Assembly (NCBI RefSeq): GCF_001194135.2
Contig: NC_068990.1
Location: 40,168,546 to 40,226,737, forward strand
Length of the DNA stretch: 58,192 nt
Source: Octopus bimaculoides
Lineage: Eukaryota
Reading direction: 5' to 3'
Shown here: positions 52,040-58,192 of the stretch, in pieces
Position numbering within the stretch: the first letter of the stretch is position 1
Layout: each line of letters starts with the position of its first letter
The notes under the pieces: generated by a model
Databases searched by the model: none
What the model was told of the DNA's origin: nothing
Seen by the model: the letters and a program-made list of their open reading frames with translations, nothing else
Made by a program: the position numbers and the translations under genes

Positions 52040-52869
52040 CAGACAGACACATACACACACATAGACTCACAGGCACGCAAACACAAAGACATATATGTAC
52101 ACACACAATCACACACACACTCACACAATACACACACAACAGCTGTCGTAATAGCGACAAACACGATACGGTTTTATATAGACTTATTAGGGGAGATATG
52201 AATTCTTTTCATTAGAAAGTCCATGTACTGACAGTACCCGTTCCAACAAGTTTGGGTTTATAACGGCTGGTGATAGACAATTATACACAGTAGTGCCACA
52301 AGCTGGACATTGTCTGAGATATTAAAAGAACGTCGTCTATGACATCGTTGAGGAATTATGTTGAAAGGCTTCTCCCAGGTTGAGAACAGCTCAACTTGTC
52401 ATCCAAATGCTCAGTTTTCCTTTCTTTATCTGGTTATGGGGAAAGCCACAAAATCTCTATAATGAATAAGAGTCAAAGACAAGGCTTTTAGTTCCGATCA
52501 AAGCCATATTATCAGCTTATATATGCTTAATAGATATATCTGTGTGTGTATCTGCTTGTGTGTGTGTGTGTGTCTGCTTGTGTGTGTGTATCTGCTTGTG
52601 TGTGTGTATTCATACATCCCCGAAATCGTAATTCCAGCCATTGAAGAGAAACAAGGGAGAGAATACAAAAGAGCACATGTATCGATGGACTAGAAGTAAC
52701 AGATTGACTAAATAAAAGAACATAGCGGTGAAGTTAAAGGGTTAGAATATTGACTATGATAATTTAATTTTAGACTTTGTCTCACCGTAATAGTCTTTGA
52801 CTAAAAACCCTTAACTACCGACCTATTCAGATCTGCACTTGCGTTGTATGCGCACAAATACATCTAAAT

Positions 52870-53271
52870 ATATTCTTTTCTACTTTAGGCACAAAGCCCG
52901 AAATTTTTTGGGGGAGGGGGCCAGTTAATTAGATCGACCCCAGTACGCAACTGGTATTTAATTCATCGACCCCGAAAGGATGAAAGGCAAAGTCGACCTC
53001 GGCGGAATTTGGACTCAGAACATTAAGACAAACGAAATACCTATTTCTTTACTGCCCACAAGGGGCTACACACAGAGGGGACAAACAAGGACAGACAAAC
53101 GGATTAAGTCGATTATATTGACCCCAGTACGTAACTGGTACTTAATTTATCGACCCCGAAAGGATGAAAGGCAAAGTCGACCGCGGCGGAATTTGAACTC
53201 AGAACGCAGTGGCAGACGAAATACCGCTAAGCATTTCGCCCGGCATGCTAGCGTGTCTGCCAGCTCGTCGC
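52870..53271 (-). mobile_element. SINE group B dimer
   Basis: Full monomer with tail X (53271-53041), then a 5'-truncated monomer with tail Y (53040-52870). Confidence 0.93.
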
Positions 53272-53766
53272 TTTCTGCATATAAATATATTATAATATAA
53301 ATGTATAATAATATCTTTGCATGTGTGCACACATACAAACACATTCATGAACAGCCACATTCATATATAAAAGATATATGTTCAATTTCTGAAACATTAA
53401 CATTTATTATGATAAGAGATGAGTATTTAGCTACCCAAAGTACTGCTGGTCACATATACAGCATTTCAACTGTATGTTTAGTGTTATATATAGACGTTAG
53501 AGAGCGTCATATAGGCATGAGAAATTTTATCACATTGATAACTTTGTTTCATAGTTTATGATGATGTGTGGGAATATTCTCTGCCCTTTATTGTTTAATT
53601 TTACTGTTTCCGGTTTGCTTTCTTTCTTTTTTTCCCTCAGTTTATTATTTTACAGCTGTTTTTACCGTGTTAACAACTTACAGAAACTGGATTTTATTTT
53701 TAGCAAACTTAGATACTTGCAGATTGTTGCAGTAACCGTTGTTTTTTTGTTTTTTTTTATTTACAG

Positions 53767-54300
53767 CTAGATGCCATTTCTATCGCAAATCACTCAACCA
53801 TGAAGCAGATGTGGAACCTGCAGTCAGTCAGGCAAACTGAGAGTGGCAGAGTTATGTGCCTTGCTGAGGCACACAAAAGAAAGGCTTTAGTAATGTTTAG
53901 TCAGTTTAGTCTAACAACTTCACTTCAAATAAATTTACTCTGGTATTTTCGTTAAACAACAAAAACAAACAAAATGTAATCAAAAGCAACAATATAGCAG
54001 AACACTGTAAAAAGCCAAGTGAACGTTGAAGAAGGAGAAGAGAAAGAAGAGAAAGAGAATGTGTGTTTGGTTAGTGAAGGGAATAGAAACAGTTATTGAA
54101 TAGAGAATAGCTTTGTAGAATTTCACTGAAAGCATCGCTTCAAGTAATTATTTACACATTTTGACTGTTTTGTTCTATTCTCAGACATTGTTGAGACAAA
54201 AAGGCAGAGAGGGGGATACACACAGCAAAAAGAAAAAAAAAATGTAAAACAATAAAACATAAACAAATGTGAAAATAAAACATGAAAGACAATGATAAAT
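53767..54300 (+). other. Candidate terminal exon (short coding tail plus 3' UTR)
   Basis: Very strong acceptor gttgtttttttgtttttttttatttacag; phase-1 frame xRCHFYRKSLNHEADVEPAVSQAN* (stop 53838-53840); AATAAA at 54251 and 54274; U/GU-rich tract at ~54342-54383. Confidence 0.3.
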
Positions 54301-54673
54301 TTTCTTCAACTACAGAAGAACTAATTGTTAGAGTTACGGAATTTGGTATTCTTTTATTTATGTGTTAGTTTGTTTGTTCTGTGAATATGTTTACAATAAT
54401 AATCATTAGGGTGGGAGGTATTGTCAGAGTGGTTAAACGACTAACAAAATGCATTCCCTTACATTTTCATTCAATTCTGAGTTCTACCACCCTCGGCGTC
54501 AATATATAATCGACTACACTCCGCCCTGCCACCATCACTGCATCGTCCTGTGCCTACTTTAGACATTAGTTTCAAAGAAACTATCATTAAACAAGCAAAT
54601 GAAAGCATCCTTATCATTGCTCTTGTTATTACCATCACATCCTTGCTGATGTTGTTGTTGTCGTTGTCATTGC

Positions 54674-54676
<3 letters not shown>

Positions 54677-54742
<66 letters not shown>
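54677..54742 (+). repeat. (ATT)n microsatellite
   Basis: Direct reading. Confidence 0.97.
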
Positions 54743-54743
<1 letters not shown>

Positions 54744-54751
54744 TAAATTAT

Positions 54752-54887
54752 TCCGGGCGAAATGATTAGCGGTATTTCGTCTGCCGCTGCGTCCTAAGCT
54801 CAAGTTCCGCCGAGGTCGACTTTGCCTTTCATCCTTTCAGGGTCGATTAAATAAGTACCAGTTACGCACTGGGGTCGATGTAATCAG
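54752..54887 (+). mobile_element. SINE group B, truncated monomer
   Basis: ccgggcgaaatgattagcggtatttcgtctgcc...gaggtcgactttgcctttcatcctttc...gtaccagttacgcactggggtcgatgtaatc. Confidence 0.9.
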
Positions 54888-55589
54888 CAACTGTGGATTG
54901 TTATACTATTATCTACTTCACTTCCCCCAACGTTCTGGGTTCGAATTTGAACAGGACAGTTTGAACATATTATCCCTTCTGATGTCAATAAAAGAAGTCC
55001 CCTGTAGTATTATCGTCATTATTTATATCATTGATGCGTAATAAAACTATTTTGCTGTTTTTATTCCTTACAGTATATAACTTCGTAAAACTCTTCTCGA
55101 ATCTGTTTTGCATCCCGTTCTATGGAATGAATAAAATACGCAGTTGATACATAACAGTAGAAAGCTTTCTATCTCTCACTCACTCAACCTATCTCTTTGT
55201 CTATCAACCTATCCATATGTGTGTGTATATGTGTTTGTCTATATGTATGTATGTATGTATGATGGGAAATCTGGCCTTTTTCGGTATTTGAAAGTTGTTT
55301 TATCAAGTACGGTGAGCTACACATTGACGTAGGCGAGCAAAGTGATTGGGTACTCCACTGACACTTGTACTCTTGACGTAACTCTTATGCTAAATCAGTG
55401 TGCCAAGGCTAGAACTTTGAATTGCACGTAGTCTCTTCGATAGGCGTCTAAACATATTCCATCTCCCAAATTTCACTCACAAGGATATTGAGTTGAACGG
55501 AAGCATTGGTAAAGACACATGCTCAAGATGTCACACAGTGTGTGTGTGTGTGTGTATGCATAAATACACATAAATATACACGCACGCTT

Positions 55590-55766
55590 GAGTGGCTGTG
55601 TGGTAAGTAGCTTGCTTACGAACCACATGGTTCCGGGTTCAGTTCCACTGCGTGGCACCTTGGGCAAGTGTCTTCTACTATAGCCTCGGGCCGACCAAAG
55701 CCTTGTGAGTGGATTTGGTAGACGGAATCTGAAAGAAGCCCGTCGTATATAAGTATATATATTTAT
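55590..55766 (+). mobile_element. SINE group A head running into a gap
   Basis: gagtggctgtgtggtaagtagcttgcttacgaaccacatggttccgggttcagttccactgcgtggcaccttgggcaagtgtc...gaaagaagcccgtcgtatat. Confidence 0.95.
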
Positions 55767-57339
55767 NNNNNNNNNNNNNNNNNNNNNNNNNNNNNNNNNN
55801 NNNNNNNNNNNNNNNNNNNNNNNNNNNNNNNNNNNNNNNNNNNNNNNNNNNNNNNNNNNNNNNNNNNNNNNNNNNNNNNNNNNNNNNNNNNNNNNNNNNN
55901 NNNNNNNNNNNNNNNNNNNNNNNNNNNNNNNNNNNNNNNNNNNNNNNNNNNNNNNNNNNNNNNNNNNNNNNNNNNNNNNNNNNNNNNNNNNNNNNNNNNN
56001 NNNNNNNNNNNNNNNNNNNNNNNNNNNNNNNNNNNNNNNNNNNNNNNNNNNNNNNNNNNNNNNNNNNNNNNNNNNNNNNNNNNNNNNNNNNNNNNNNNNN
56101 NNNNNNNNNNNNNNNNNNNNNNNNNNNNNNNNNNNNNNNNNNNNNNNNNNNNNNNNNNNNNNNNNNNNNNNNNNNNNNNNNNNNNNNNNNNNNNNNNNNN
56201 NNNNNNNNNNNNNNNNNNNNNNNNNNNNNNNNNNNNNNNNNNNNNNNNNNNNNNNNNNNNNNNNNNNNNNNNNNNNNNNNNNNNNNNNNNNNNNNNNNNN
56301 NNNNNNNNNNNNNNNNNNNNNNNNNNNNNNNNNNNNNNNNNNNNNNNNNNNNNNNNNNNNNNNNNNNNNNNNNNNNNNNNNNNNNNNNNNNNNNNNNNNN
56401 NNNNNNNNNNNNNNNNNNNTGCAAACATTCAACTAATATTTGATCCAATCTCACAATCCTCCCCACCACTACTAATTCATCATTTATCGCACCTCCGCCA
56501 AATTCAAAAAAGCACACTTTCTACGCATTTTGTTGCATTAGAAACTGTTCCATTGAAACGGTAAAAAAACAAAAAAACAAATGATGCTATTTCCATTAGT
56601 GAATATTTTAAAATCTTTCTTAAATACAAATATTTTGTTCTTGTAACAAAAGCAAAAAGAAAATAAGACAAGACATAAATGCCACTTTAGTTGTGATAGT
56701 TTTGGCAGTGAACTATTTATTGTAATGAAAAGCGAAGTAGAGGCGGGGATGTGAATAGAAGCTAATCAACGACGACGATCACTAAGTTATATGCTGTTTA
56801 GTTTATCACCTGAATTCTTCGAGATTTACTGAACCAGACCATTCCTTAAGAATATTGTATACACATTTTTGATATGTGCTTTGTCATTTTTTTAATTATA
56901 TTTTTATTGTGGTTATCTTATTGTTCGCGATGTTATTGCCGCTAATGTAGGACTTTAAAAATGTGTGATATCTTCTCTGTTTACTTTTTGCGTTCTGTTT
57001 TTCAGATCAATCCTTCTGTTCTACGGAATGCATGTATAGCTGACGATCATTAGTGGTCAACCTACTAAGTTTGTCTACAAACTGACTCTTTGTCCGTATT
57101 CAGTTATTTTGCGAGTTTTTGTAACGTTGCATTAAAACTGCTCGGCAATTATTATAATGGCTCACAATTTCGAGATACGAGTTTACATTAGATTTGACAG
57201 AAACCGTGGCCAATCTGCAATAAGAACCTTGAAATGTTTTCTAAGGCTTCTTTTTTTTTAAATATTTTCTTTATTTATGCGAAACACAGATTTTTAAGTG
57301 ACACATACATTTCAGAGGATTTCTATTGTCTATTCAAGA

Positions 57340-57560
57340 TGATAATTCTTCAGAACGACCAATCACCAGCAAAACACCACAAAATACGGGGAGAATTCCT
57401 AAAATCAATATGGGGAAATTGCTGAACAACCCATATGTTCTCTCACATGAATGGAAATAGTTATGGCGTCTTCCAGGAGATTCTTGCAGAAAATTGGAGC
57501 TTTACAACGTTCCATACTCTCCATAGTCGTCTGAATTAGTTTCGGGTGACTACACCGTGT
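57340..57560 (+). mobile_element. Possible very decayed mariner catalytic-domain remnant
   Basis: IILQNDQSPAKHH..EFLKS and ELYNVPYSP*SSELVSGDY weakly recall ILHHDNAPAH...EVLPHPPYSPDLAPSDY. Confidence 0.3.
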
Positions 57561-57855
57561 AACCGGGAAAAAAATTCAAGCAAACTTTTATTTCATGCAG
57601 TACATACAGGTACATACAAGACAAACATATGTAGTGTTCGACAGATACTGATATATATACGTTTCCATATAAGTGACCATGAGTACAAGTATATACATGT
57701 GTATGTGTGTGTGGGGGGGGGGGCGCACAAAGCATTCACGTATAATTATTACATTTCTAAATTTGTTTTACAATAGTTTTTATTTAAAATCGGGTGTCGA
57801 AACTAGTATTGTAGTACTTTGTAAGGACCATACTGCCAATAAATACACACACGCG

Positions 57856-58020
57856 CAGGAGTGGCTGTGTGGTAAGTAGCTTGCTTACGAACCACATGAT
57901 TCCGGGTTCAGTGGCACCTTGGGCAAGTGCCTTCTACAATGGCCTCGGGCCGACCAAAGCCTTGTGAGTGGATTTGGTAGACGGAAACTGAAAGAAGCCC
58001 GTCGTATATATGTATGTATA
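57856..58020 (+). mobile_element. SINE group A head
   Basis: As 55590, with a ~10-bp deletion just after the B box. Confidence 0.93.
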
Positions 58021-58030
58021 TATATATATA

Positions 58031-58121
58031 CTAGCAGAAATACCCGGCGTTGCCCGGTTTAAAGAGAATAATGAAATCTAAAAACGCCGTCTAGACTACG
58101 CATCATCTTTATATATAGAGA
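58031..58121 (-). mobile_element. 91-bp non-autonomous mini-Helitron
   Basis: Minus strand: A|TCTCTATATATAAAG...CCGGGCAACGCCGG (hairpin)...TTTCTGCTAG|T. It shows a 5' TC, subterminal GC hairpin, 3' CTAG, an A|T insertion site and no TSD. Confidence 0.85.
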
Positions 58122-58192
58122 TGTATATACACACACGCACCCAAACACACGTATATATATGTATATCAATATAAATATATGAAAGTCAATGA

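Overview
Eukaryotic, AT-rich, repeat-dense scaffold with about 20 N-gaps, nearly all flanked by microsatellites. The SINE families and simple-repeat density point to an octopus (cephalopod) genome; this is inference from recognising the repeats, not a database result. There is no operon, CRISPR array, rRNA or intact tRNA gene, and no protein-coding gene I can name. Almost all long ORFs in the track are artefacts of N-runs, microsatellites or decayed transposons. Supported content: three tRNA-derived SINE groups (here called A, B, M); decayed non-LTR retrotransposons (two HERO-like RLE elements, CR1/L2-like, RTE-like, Penelope GIY-YIG); decayed DNA transposons (Tc1, several mariners, a Chapaev3-like transposase, hAT MITEs); and a 91-bp mini-Helitron. 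A few exon candidates remain unverified, best at 25970-26533 (-), 47769-47898 (+) and 53767-54300 (+). I found no convincing new biological system. The most interesting signals are structural: a 117-bp foldback whose arm asymmetry is G.U-compatible and shared with a second copy, 370-bp direct repeats bracketing a HERO fragment, SINE dimers with non-identical junctions, module swapping among SINEs, and a close inverted SINE pair that would form long dsRNA.
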